64,000 nucleotides of DNA, taken from contig OX597826.1 in assembly GCA_951406725.2 (NCBI GenBank), positions 41,230,001-41,294,000 on the forward strand. Reading direction: 5' to 3'. The position numbers and the translations under genes were made by a program. Positions 39,845 to 51,440 of the stretch are shown piece after piece (the first letter of the stretch is position 1; each line of letters starts with the position of its first letter). The notes under the pieces were generated by a model that had not been told where the DNA came from, made no database searches, and saw only the letters and a program-made list of their open reading frames with translations. The DNA comes from Octopus vulgaris. Lineage: Eukaryota.

Positions 39845-41312
39845 CAACATATTGGACGGTTTGACTGAGGTTTGGAGAGCCAGTAGCTGCACAAGGCTCC
39901 AATCTGATCCAGCAACATTTCTACAGCTGGATGCCCTTAATGCCAACCACTCCAAGAGTGTAGTGGGTGCTTCTTACGTGCCACCAGTGCAAGAGGCAGG
40001 CCTGGCATTGACCATGTTTGGATGGTGCTTTTTACGTGCCAATGGCACAGGAGCCAGTCAAGGGACACTGGCATCGACCATGTTCAAATGATGCCACTGG
40101 GAGCCAGTGGATGGTGCTTTTTATGTGCCACGGGAACATGAGCCAGTCAGGGGGCACTGCCCACAGCTATGATTTTGGTTTTACTTGACTCAACAGGTCT
40201 ACTGAAGCATATCATATTGCCTGACGCATCAAGGGTACTCTTAAATGGGCCAGACATGAAATACTGGCATCGGCCATGGCTGTGATTTCTTTTTAGTTGT
40301 CGGGTCTTCTCATTCACAGCATATCTTCAAATGTCTTGATCTCCTGTCATTGCCTTTGTGAAGCCCATGCTTCGTCATCTCATTCCATGTCTTCCTCGCT
40401 TTACCTCTTCCACAGTTAGGGAGTGGCACTTCCTCACACAGCTGTCCTCATCCATATGTAACACATGAGCATACCAGCACAGTCGTCTCTCTTGTACACC
40501 ACCTCTGATGCTTCTTATGTCCAACTTTTCTCTCAGGGCACTTACACTCTGTCGTGTATGCACACTGACATTACACATCCAGCAGATCATGCTAGCTTCG
40601 TTTCTTTCAAGCCTACGCATGTCCTCAGTAGTCATGGCCCATGTTTCACTGCTGTGTAGCATGGCAGTTTGCATACATGCATTAGTTGCCAGCAGAGGTA
40701 GGAGCTCCCTGAACTTTGCCCAGGCTACTCTTATTCTAGTCACTACACACTCAGAGCAATCACCTCCACTACAGACTCGGTCACCTAGGCAGCGGAAGCT
40801 ATTAACTACTTCTACTTTTTCTCCCTGGCATGTGATGGAATCTGTTTTCTGTACATCTTTAGTGTTTATTGCCCCTGTGCATCTGCCACATACAAAAACT
40901 ATCTTCCCAGTTAACCTTCCTTTGATATTGCTGCACCATTTTTATGTCCATAACTTTCACTGGGTACATCGTATGGAGTTTCTACCAATATCTTTTCTAC
41001 AAATTGGGCAGGGCCATCTACCTAATGGGGTTTGTGATTTGTCAGCCTTCCTACTTAATAAGACTTAGGTTTTTGCTAGGTTAACCCTAAGACCTTTCGA
41101 TTCTAGACCTTGCTTCCACACCCTAAACTTCGTCTCTAGTTCTGGCAGTGACTCATCTATTAGAGCAAAGTCATCAGCTTAGAGGAGCTCCCAGGGGCAG
41201 CCTATCTTGAATTCCTCTGTTATTGCCTGGAGGACTATAATGAAGAAGAGGGGCTGAAGACTGATGCTTGGTAAACCCTTGCTTCTACCTGGAATTCTTC
41301 ACTATACTCAAT
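39845..41312 (-). mobile_element. 5'-truncated, inactivated RTE LINE (RT core, Cys-rich insert, C-terminus, 3' UTR)
   Basis: Minus-strand SPLLFIIVLQAITEEF...PWELL*ADDFAL (YADD with stop), RIRVAWAKFRELLPLL, LHSSETWA, ERRLCWYAHV; 3' UTR hairpin units and tail at 39845-40165. Confidence 0.92.
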
Positions 41313-41314
41313 AA

Positions 41315-41862
41315 CTGTCGTTATTCAAAAGCTTTGCAGTGCAGTCTTTCCTCTTGTCTTTGATGGCTTGGGATAAAAATTGGCTTTTTCTCATTTTGTA
41401 TGAGGAATACTGAATGTCTTCATGCACTACCTGTCTGATAAGAAACTCAGACACTCACATGTCCCTTGCAATGGACCTGATTGACTTGGAGGGATCGTTG
41501 TCAATCATAGCCTGAATCTCACCAATAAATTAAAATCTTCTCTTATCAGAATGAGTTGCTGTACCTTCTTAATCACCATTAGACTCATCCAACTCTTTCT
41601 GAATCCTCTGCACTGTCCTCAGATTGACACCCAAACACTCTGCAATCTTCATGTTGGAGCTTCCGGTGCAAATGCTGAATGCCAAGTAGCACAGCATGTC
41701 ATTTCCAAATTTCTGATACAATGAATTGTGTCCTTGTGCTGTTTTTCTTACAGACAGTGCTCAGCTGTCATTACTATATAGTGTAGTCAACAAAATCGAA
41801 AACAATGTGCATGCACGAAATTAAAAATATAGAATGATGACAATTTATGCATCACACCCAGT
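41315..41862 (-). mobile_element. Tc1/mariner (maT/DD37D-like) transposon relic: left end and transposase DNA-binding region
   Basis: Minus-strand KIAECLGVNLRTVQRIQKEL...IDNDPSKSIRSIARDM*VSEFLIRQVVHEDIQYSSYKMRKSQFLS (two HTH motifs, in-frame stops); terminus CTGGGTGTGATGCATAAATTGTC. Confidence 0.82.
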
Positions 41863-41879
41863 GTGTATATATATATATA

Positions 41880-42240
41880 AATTAAAGAATGGAGTTGAAC
41901 AACAAATTAACAAAATCCCTTTATTCTCGACATATGTTTGGAAGACTGCATATTCCTAATTTCGAAGGAATAAGGGGTGCATTATGCCGCCTTCTCATCA
42001 GGAAAAACAAGGAACTTGTGTCAACATCAAGATGAACAAAAACTTTTAGATGACTGCCCACAGCGATAATGAGTGTTTCTTTAAAATATTCCGTTATAAG
42101 CAGTGACGTCAAAAATGGTTGAATGTAGAAGATTCTAGAAGGTTCAAGGGTTCAAACAAGGTTTTTCTGACGTGAATTTGCTACCCAGGTATAGGTTAAC
42201 CGAATTATCCATAATAAGATAATTCATTCAACTACTCAAA
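41880..42240 (-). mobile_element. Penelope-like terminal repeat fragment containing a hammerhead motif (41924-42006)
   Basis: Minus strand: stem I UUUUC/GAGAA, CUGAUGA, stem II GAAG/CUUC, (C for G)AAAC-AUAU-GUC. Confidence 0.6.
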
Positions 42241-42282
42241 TACTTATATATACACACACAAACACATACATATATCTACATA

Positions 42283-42500
42283 TGAAGGGGTGATGATATA
42301 AAGTTACTGACTTTGAGGGTATCATGAAAGTCCTGGTTGGAAGCCCAACCTTCTGAGTTCTTTTACAGGGATTAGGAAAACTGAAGAACCACTGCAATAG
42401 TGTGTGAACCGGAGAGGGGAATATGTTGAATACAATCATAATTAACTGGTCCCCTTGTATTTTCATTTACCCAAAGCCAGGAACTTTTCAGCACCCCTCG
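42283..42500. mobile_element. mariner-type MITE, 218 bp
   Basis: TA target sites at 42281-42282 and 42501-42502; imperfect ~30-bp TIR of type CGAGGGGTGCTGAAAAGTTCCTGGCTTTG. Confidence 0.75.
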
Positions 42501-42518
42501 TACATATATGTATATATA

Positions 42519-42892
42519 CTTTTACTTGTTTCAGTCATTTGACTGCGGCCATGCTGGAGCACCGCCTTTAGTCAAGCAAATCGACCCCAGGACTTATTCT
42601 TTGTAAGCCCAGTACTTATTCTATCGGTCTCTTTTTGCCGAACTGCTAAGTGACGGGGATGTAAACACACCAGCATCAGTTGTCAAGCAATGCTAGGGGG
42701 ACAAACACATACACAAACATACATATATACGACAGGCTTCTTTCAGTTTCCATCTACCAAATCCACTCACAAGGCATTGGTTGGCCCGAGGCTATAGTAG
42801 AAGACACTTGCCCAAGATGCCACGCAGTGGGACTGAACCCCGAACCATGTGGTTGGTTAGCAAGCTACTTACCACACAGCCACTCCTGCACC
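42519..42892 (-). mobile_element. SINE family A, full length
   Basis: Reverse complement of 24262-24660. Confidence 0.9.
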
Positions 42893-43177
42893 TATACACA
42901 TATATTTTATTTTTATTTCTTCATTCTAGTCAGTTTTTCTGTGTTTGCCTTTCATCATGCTACCAGGGTTAATATTAGGGTTTCTTGAACATAGAAGTTA
43001 TACTTCATGTGAAGGGGTGTTCTTTGTTGCTAATCTTTCACGTAATCGTCTATAGGCATGGCAAACTATTACCTTGGAAACAGGTTAGGGTTGGTGATGG
43101 AAATGGCATCCAGTTATACAAAATCTGCCTGATCCATATGAGCATAGAAAAGCAAATGTTTCATATATTCACATTAC

Positions 43178-43400
43178 ATCATCATCATCGTTTAACGACC
43201 GCTTTCCATGCTAGCATGGGTTGGACGGTTCAACTGGGGTCTGGCAAGCCCGAAGGCTGCACCAGGCCAGTCAGATCTGGCAGTGTTTCTACAGCTGGAT
43301 GCCTTCCTAACGCCAACCACTCCGAGAGTGTAGTGGGTGATTTTATGTGCCACCGACACAGGTGCCAGATGAGGCTGGCAGATGGCCACGCTCGGATGTT
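43178..43400 (-). mobile_element. RTE LINE 3' tail (one hairpin unit)
   Basis: Aligns with 62481-62700. Confidence 0.85.
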
Positions 43401-43587
43401 AATATTTTCAACTGAGACATTACAGTCATATCTGATTGTTCCAGTGCTTCAAATGTGTATAGGTACATTTATTTACTTGATTGCTGACATTTATCAATGA
43501 TTTCTCCCATTGTTTTGATGATACAGCTATGCTAGTATATAGCTTTTTATGTCCATATAGTTCCCTCTCTCAGTATATATATATACA

Positions 43588-44092
43588 TAGGAAAGTTGTA
43601 AATATAGTCGAGTTAACAGTTCCTCATGAAGATAATATGGACGCTGCTCGGACTCGAAAATTTAACCGGTGTAAACCTCCTCGAGGAATGTGAAGACGCA
43701 GGCTGGAAAGCGGAACATTTTCCAATCGAAGTCGGATGTAGAGGGTTCGTTGGACACAGTGTGAGACGACTGTTGTTATCGCTAGGCCTAACTCATTGTA
43801 TAGTCAATACCACCATGACCGATATCCAATCTACAGTGAAGGCTAGTCACTGGATTTGGTTAAAAAGAGACGATGAGCGATGGCTAGAAGGATATTGAGC
43901 TTTATTTGATAACCAGCTGATCTAGCAAGTGGGGCCTTATATCAGTGACGGGGGCCGGTGCACATTGATGCCGTCGAGAGGTAGGTCCCGAAATGGCGCG
44001 CATTCTCTCCTGATGACCCCATACACTTGCTGGCTTCCAGCATATGGAGTTTTTGACTGGTAGCACTTGCATGTGCAAGTTGTTTGCAAGAC
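43588..44092 (+). mobile_element. 5'-truncated HERO-like (R2 group) non-LTR retrotransposon: restriction-like endonuclease C-terminus and 3' UTR
   Basis: IVELTVPHEDNMDAARTRK / EECEDAGWKAEHFPIEVGCRGFV...KASHWIWLKR (one frameshift) is the RLE signature ELTVPWE...EVGCRGF; stop at 43898; (TA)n on both sides. Confidence 0.85.
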
Positions 44093-44118
44093 ATATATAT
44101 ATATATATATATATATGT

Positions 44119-44405
44119 GGAAGCGCAATGGCCCAGTGGTTAGGGTAGCGGACTCGCGGTTTCGATTCCCAGACCAGGCGTTGTGAGTGTTTATTGAGCA
44201 AAAACACCTAAAGCTCAACGAGGCTCCGGCAGGGGGTCGTGGCGATCCCTGCTGTACCCTTTCGCAACAACTTTCTCTCACTCTTTCTTCTGTTGGCCTG
44301 CTTGCTTAGCCAGCGGGATGGCATCAATTGAAGGCTAAAACAATGCAAAGCGCATTGTGACCAGCGATGTGTAGCAACATCTGATAGCCTGGTCGGTCAC
44401 GGTGA
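44119..44405 (+). mobile_element. tRNA-derived SINE, family D
   Basis: TGGCCCAGTGG A box and GGTTTCGATTCC B box; CpG-rich body embedded in (TA)n. Confidence 0.75.
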
Positions 44406-44453
44406 TATATATATATAAATCTTAAAATAAATAACTCACAAATCTTGTAATTA

Positions 44454-44510
44454 CAGCTACCCATTGTTTCCTGGTCAAAATAATAATCTATTCTGCCACT
44501 TATCAAGCTG
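44454..44510 (-). ncRNA. Decayed Penelope-type hammerhead motif
   Basis: Minus strand: CAGC-UUGAUAA (for CUGAUGA)-GUGG...CCAG-GAAAC-AAUG-GGUA-GCUG. Confidence 0.35.
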
Positions 44511-47500
44511 AAAACATACAGGATCTTTAGGCCTAGTAATGTCTTTACATTTCCATAAAGATGTATACAATGAATTGATAGACATGTATTGCTGGTATAA
44601 ATATATGTATACCAATAATACACACACACACAAATAGTGTGTCACTAGTGTATCAAGTTTGAAATTTGGGAGATAGAATGAGAAACACAGAAACACGAGA
44701 ATGTTCAAAAAAGTTGACATTTATTACAAATATATACCCCCACTACATTGCTGTGTGTGTGTGAGATAGAGATATAGCAACTGAGAGGTAGATACAAAGA
44801 GTTTGTAAAATCTTCATGCATGTGTGTGTGTGTGTATGTGTACACATATATAATGAAATCACTCAATATTTTAATATGAATACAATATTAATAACACACA
44901 CACACACACATACATAAATGTATACATTTAGTTATGTAAAAAAAACCAAGACTTTTTCTTTCAGACATGTAGAAAAGACATTGTGTTTGAGTTTTACATT
45001 GAAAGTTGATCATATTTTCAAAGTTTTGTTCTGAACAATAGCATTTTGAAGTGAATTCAAGTTTCTCAACCTGCTTAGCCTCTTTGTGAAATTAACAGTT
45101 GTGGCATATTATTTGTGCATTTTATAGTGGAACACAAAGGAACATGAGAATAGCATTGTAAATGATAAAAACCACTGCTGTTGGATTTAACTCTAGATAA
45201 ATTTCATAGTTTATGTCAACTTGTATTGTATCAAAATGGTTGAATACATCAGTAAAAACCAGAAAACATGGCTCACATGATATAAACTCACAGAATATAT
45301 TACAAAAACACCAAACTGAAAACTTTTTTATCAACCTGAAACTACCTGAAATTTGCCAACACTACACCTGATATCCCCCACTCCATACACATGCACACAT
45401 GTATATCAGGACTCATACACTGTTTACTTTCCTAACTCTTGTACATAATTCTATGTACTATACCTTTAAGGAGTTGTAGTGCACCTGAGCACTATACACA
45501 ATAATTTCATTATCATTATCATAAACCAACAACTAATGTAATGTGGAAGTTGTAAACTTTCTGTGTCAACCTGTTACATCAGCTACACAAATACAAGTTT
45601 CTCATGGGTTGACCATGTAACTAGGAACAGTCGCAGTCTGTTGTAATACAGGAGATGAAACAAAACTAAATGGAAAAAAAAAGCCATTAGCTGACAATGC
45701 TACCATTCTCTATAGAATTGGTAATACAACCACCTTTGATGGAATTTCATATGAAAATCAGATTAACTTTGCAAAGTTTATTAATAAATAACAAAATACA
45801 AAGAGATAATCCAAAGATACAGACCTGACACATTAAATTAAGTAGAATATATTGTTATCTATTGAACAGTTTTAGAGGTGGCATAAATATTTTATTAGTC
45901 ATAATACTAGTCCCATAATCATTTAGAATCTATGGCAAAATGAGAACAAAATATCACTGCAATAATCATCATGTTCTACCAATGATGAGGCTGAGAACTC
46001 TTTGAAACAAATGAAATTGGGGATGTTAAGGTTCTACTATGAAAAATAAAGGACTAATAGGGATACAGGAAAAATGTCTTTAATAGAAAAAAGTAAACTC
46101 AAACAATTTCACTTTTAATACAATATGTATGTATATACGTAGAATATACAATATACACATATATACACAAACACATATCATGAAGGCAATGAACACAAAA
46201 AGAAAGATGATATGAGAGGAACAAGTTTTAACAATGTTGTATTAGTATAATGCTTGAACATGTCTGTGTGTATGTGTATGTATATATATATATATATATA
46301 TATATACATACACACACACACATAAACTCAGCTGTCTCTCATTAATTTCTCTCCTTTTAACTTTTCTTAGGAGAAGGACTGTCCAAAACAATGAGTTCTC
46401 CACTGTTCATAGTATGTTCAGCTCTCTTTTTATTGATTTTACTACATAATGTCTTGCCAATGCAGACAGACATGTCTGTTTGGAGTCCAGTTGATCACAC
46501 ACACACACACACACACACACACATTAATATTGTCTACATATAAAAAATCTTACCTAAAACAATTAGAAACATATCTGAACACACTTTCAATTCTGTGTGT
46601 GTGAGTTTATGTGCACAATGACACATGATACAGACAATATACATAACCATATACAAACACAAACAAAGGGGGAAATATGTACTCAATACAGAGACAAGAG
46701 TTTATTTATTTAGATTATATTCATTTGAAGCTGAGAAGTGTTTCTGTCATGACTGAGTTTTATAATTTCGTTCTTCACTGCAATATAAGATTGTCATAAC
46801 TGAAGAGTTATAATGGTGACAAACCTCACATTCGTATTCACACACACACACACACGTGTGCATGTCCGTATATCAATCGACATACAAATATACATGGTTG
46901 AAAAAGTTAGTTTGACAAACATTCGAAAATTAGAACCCTGCCTCTCATTCTTGGAATATGTTGAAAAAGTCAATAGAAAATGAAAAACAGGAATTAGCCT
47001 TGCATTCTAATTTAGAGTTGTGGAATGTGTGTGTGATTGACAGGTGAGAGAGAGAGAGAAGGAGAGAGAAGACGCATGAGTGAATCAGGACAGGAAATGT
47101 GAATGACAACTGATCAGTGTAGGTGTGTTTGATGAGAAATTCTTTTTTCAAAAGATCAACAAAATCAAATGTTTAGGATATGTGAATGAAGGAAAAGAAA
47201 ATATATTACAACACACACATGCATGTATGCAAAAGAAGTCTTGTATAGTTAACACCATCATAACTACTAGGTAGCTTTCAACAGCTTAATCCAACTGAGA
47301 GGTGTTGGTAAAACAAAAAAATTAGGAAAAACAATAATTCAATGAAATGTTATTAAAAAGTGCAGCAAACAAAGTAGTGTTGTTGGTGGCGGAGTGGGGG
47401 TTGGGGGAGAGGGGGGTAGACACAGAAGGATTTCTGATCACAATCTCCAGCAAATATAACAGTTGTTGGTAAAAGTGGTGGAGGTGATGGTGGCAATCAG

Positions 47501-47757
47501 AACAATTTCCAGTCACCACTACCAAATAATAATATTGACATAGTGTTGCTGCTGTTGGCTTTTTTCATGGTGGTAGTGGAGGTAGACAGATTAATTCCCC
47601 ACTCCCCACCCTATCACCAAATGATAGTATTGTTGTTAGTAGTGGTGGTGGTGGTGGTTATTTTGGTGGACAGAAGGATTCCCAGATGCCATTTCCACCA
47701 CCACCACCATCACTAAATAAATCATTACACTGTACAATATACCTAAACTGTATGGCT

Positions 47758-47841
47758 TCATCTCTTGGCAAGGCGTTTGCTCTGCCAAGTTTCAAATTTG
47801 TTGTATGCAGCATTTAGCATCTCCTCCATGTGGCCAGTAAG
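47758..47841 (-). CDS. GTF2H1: GTF2H1 (TFIIH p62) last coding exon (LTGHMEEMLNAAYNKFETWQSKRLAKR*)
   Basis: Matches the p62 C-terminus ([20 protein letters not shown] in human); cag acceptor, TGA stop. Confidence 0.95.
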   Translation of the reverse strand, partial: LTGHMEEMLNAAYNKFETWQSKRLAKR

Positions 47842-48285
47842 CTGAATGACAAAGAAAAAAAAAATTATTTGTGTGTATGAGTATGTGCACAAATATATTT
47901 GTATATAAAAATCAATAAGGTGATATACAACATTTATTAATGACATGGTAATTTATAGTACAGAATATATAAGTACAAAAAAATTTTAAACCCTAAAAAA
48001 AAATGGACCAAATTTATAAATCTAAAAACATCATAAAGCATTTTGAATTCCTGGTTCAATAAATCTAATTTTATATAAAGTGCTATCAAGAAAATGACTG
48101 AGGCAAAGGTATAGTCATGTGGTACTTGCCTTGGGGCAAGTGTTATCTAGTGTAGCATTGTAGATAACAATGCTATGGTAGAAATCTGGGAGATGAAAAC
48201 TAAGCAACCTGGCATAAATACATATGTACAGACACACACACCTACATATACATAATATGTGTGTGTGTGTTTATATAGTGTTTGA

Positions 48286-48605
48286 CCGTGTCGGTGGCAC
48301 GTAAAAAGCACCATCCGAATCGTGGCCGAAGCCAGTGCCGCCTCGACTGGCTTCCGTGCAGGTGGCACGTAAAATGCACCAATCCGACCTTGGCCGATGC
48401 CAGCCTCGCCTGGCACCAGTGCAGGTGGCACATAAAAAGCACCCACTACACTCACGGAGTGGTTGGCGTTAGGAAGGGCATCCAGCTGTAGAAACATTGC
48501 CAGATAAGACCGGAGCCTGGTGCAGCCTTCTGGCTTCCCAGATCCCCGGTCGAACCGTCCAACCCATGCTAGCATGGAGAACGGATGTTAAACGATGATG
48601 ATGAT
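48286..48605 (+). mobile_element. RTE LINE 3' UTR with 2-3 hairpin units
   Basis: GGTGGCAC(G/A)TAAAA.GCACC occurs three times, then the conserved tail and (GAT)n. Confidence 0.88.
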
Positions 48606-49225
48606 GTGTTTATATAATGGTGTAAATTGGTGGTTCAAGCCACATTCCAATAAAACTTTGCCTTTTGATAGAGAACAGTTATAATAAATATCAGACTGGA
48701 TATTTATTTATTTTGTATTGCTTCATTTCAGTTTGAAACTCCACCCCTGTTTCTCTGCTAGGATGGGTTTCACTCATTTCATATTTATGTGTATCTATAT
48801 ATATATAATATTAAGTGTCAAAACAAACACCCCTATCCCACCTACTTAGCTATTGGTTTCTTCTGTTTTATAGTCTTCACATCCTTTAATTATATTCAGA
48901 CAATGTTGGTTCTACCACAAACATACTATCAATATAATATTTCTAGCTTTATGTTCAGAGTTCAAATTCTGTTGACGTTAACTCTGCCTTTAATTTCTTT
49001 TGGGTCAATAAACAAGCACCTGCTGAGTAAAGGGGTTGAAGTAATTAACAAGCTCCATCCCATCAAATTTCAGGCCTTGTGCTTATATTAGAAAGACTAG
49101 CTCCTCAAGAAGGCAGAAATTTCAGATAATTTTAAATGGACAAAGTCTGCAACAAAAAAAATAAATAAAAAAAAGACAGAAGAAGAGGGAGAAAAAGAGA
49201 GAAGGGTTAAGTGTTTGTTACTTAC

Positions 49226-49318
49226 ATTAATGGAATAATGCTGACTAATCAAATGTTCTTTGAATGTGTTCAGTTTATTGATATGGAATCTCTCCAAAGT
49301 TGTCTTCATCTTGACAAC
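49226..49318 (-). CDS. GTF2H1: GTF2H1 exon (VVKMKTTLERFHINKLNTFKEHLISQHYSIN)
   Basis: Homologous to VVKMKSNLERF; GT-AG, phase 0-0. Confidence 0.93.
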
Positions 49319-49911
49319 CTGGAAAATGAAACAGGTATTTGAATATATTTGAACATTGCACATCAAATGTGCAATATTTCTTAACTTGTTAGTTCCCCTC
49401 CAATTATGGCTGGTCTTAGTAGATGATGTACGGAGGAGAAATAATTACATTGACATAGTATTATATGACCTTTGGTCGATGTTCACAAAGCAAAATCATA
49501 ATCAGACATTCTTCTATTGCAGTAAATCAATTAAAAACACTTGGCAATTTCAAAACACAGTGGCAGTATATTATGATGCAATACTTTGTCTTGTGGTATC
49601 TGCTTGTAGCTAAGCAGACTGAGGTCAAATATACTGATAGTATATTACTGCTGACTCTTGAGCTAATCATTCAATATAGATCCTTTTAATTTAGCCCAAC
49701 TCTTCCTGATGTGTGCACATTACTATCATAACTGAAATACTCTGACTTTATCTTTACAATTGCTTTATTTATTTATGGCTGTAAACTTTCCTAAAAATTG
49801 CCCAATGCTAGAAACCACTGTGGCCCTCATCAATCTTGCGGCTCTAAGGGCCATATTTTGGTAATCACTTTAGCTGGAGAGTAAATTACTATTATAATTA
49901 TTAAACAAAAG

Positions 49912-50700
49912 TGTTAAGCTGGCAGGATCATTAGCATGCCAGATAAAATGCTTAGTGGCATTTCTTTTGGCTCTATGTTCCAAGTTCAAATTCTGCTGAG
50001 GTCAACTTTGCTTTCATCCTTCTGGGGTTGATAGAATAAGTACCAGTCCAGCGCTGGGGGTCGATTTAGTTGACTGGCCCTCTCCTCCAAAATTTTTGGC
50101 CTTGTGCCTATAGTAGAAAGAACTACTACTAAGGTAGCAAGCTGGTAGAATCATTTGTGCATTGGACAAAAGACAAAGCAGTATTTCTTCCAGCTCTTCA
50201 CATTCTTAATTAAAATCCAACTGAGGTCAACTTTGACTTTCAATGTTTCGAGGTTATTAAAATAAAGTACCAGTCAAATGATGGGGTTAATGTAATGGAC
50301 TACCCACCTAAAATTACTGGCCTTATGCCAAAATTTGAAACTATTATTATTATCAAGGTGATGGATGGGCAGAATTGTTAGGGTCAGACAAAATGCCCTT
50401 TGAGATATTTAGTCATGATTTTTTATGTTCTGTTTTGAAATCCCACTGAAGTTTTTCATCCCTCTAGGGTTGATGAAAGACCAGTAAAATACTGACATCA
50501 ATTTAATCAACTAAACCCGTCACCACAAATTTGTCCTTGAGCCAATAATATTATCATTGATGGAATGAAGGCAATGGAATGGCAGAATCAGAAAAAAGAT
50601 TTTCAGAATTTATTCGGGTTCTGAGTTCGAATTCCACTGAGGTCATCTTTGCCCTTAATCCTTCCATTGCTATTAAAGTATCAGCCATGTACTGGGCTTT
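49912..50700 (+). mobile_element. Four head-to-tail old SINE B-related copies
   Basis: Units start near 49912, 50132, 50357 and 50570 and are separated by (ACT)n/(ATT)n tails. Confidence 0.7.
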
Positions 50701-50772
50701 ACTTAATACATATAAAGGTCAACAATCCAAGATGTCATTTCACGAGAAATTATTAAATTTTTTAGAACAAAC

Positions 50773-50888
50773 CTTCTCTTCTAAGAACTTGGAAGATACT
50801 GGAAAACAGGACCAAAAGTGTCTCAATAGTTCACACAATGCACTGTAGATCTGTTGGAGTTCTTCTTGAGTATCGACAGGAATTATTT
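50773..50888 (-). CDS. GTF2H1: GTF2H1 exon (ELQQIYSALCELLRHFWSCFPVSSKFLEEK)
   Basis: ELLRHFWSCFPV is a conserved p62 motif; phase 1 to 0. Confidence 0.95.
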
Positions 50889-51029
50889 CTAAAATTACAG
50901 AAAATAAAGAAACATTCAAAATAACATTACAAGTCAAATAATAAAAGGGGAGGGAGGTGGTAGTTTACAAATAATCTCATTAATACTGGCTTGAGACTGA
51001 CAACAATTGGTTTTTACAGCTGGATGCTA

Positions 51030-51440
51030 GTACCATGTAAAAAGCATCTAGCACACTGTAAAGTGGCTGGTGTTAGGAAGGGCATCTAGCTGTAGAAACT
51101 AGACTGGAACCTGGTGCAGCTCTCCAATTTGCCAGCTCTTATCAAACTGTCCAACCCATGCCAGAATGGAAAATGGTGGCGAGCTGGCAGAAGCGACAAC
51201 ACGCCGGGCAAAATGCTTAGCAGTATTTCGTCTGCTGCTATGTTCTGAGTTCAAATTCCGCCGAGGTCGACTTTGCCTTTCATCCTTTTGGGGTTGATTA
51301 AATAAGTACCAGTTACGCACTGGGGTCGATATAATCGACTTAATCCGTTTGTCTGTCCTTGTTTGTCCCCTGTGTGTGTAGCCCCTTGTGGGCAGTAAAG
51401 AAATAAAAATGGAAAATGGATGTTAAATGATGATGATGTA
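51030..51440 (+). mobile_element. RTE tail interrupted by a SINE B copy (51177-51407)
   Basis: Target duplication AATGGAAAATGG at 51165-51176 and 51408-51419; the RTE tail resumes after it. Confidence 0.88.

Noticed and set aside
44119-44180. tRNA gene candidates at SINE heads (also 4966, 24262, 26359)
   Set aside because: A and B boxes are present but no complete cloverleaf, and each continues into a SINE body.
45964-46022. Possible further hammerhead relic (CCAA-UGAUGA-GG...GAAAC-AAAU-GAA-AUUGG)
   Set aside because: Core C and cleavage triplet missing and stem II weak; not distinguishable from chance.
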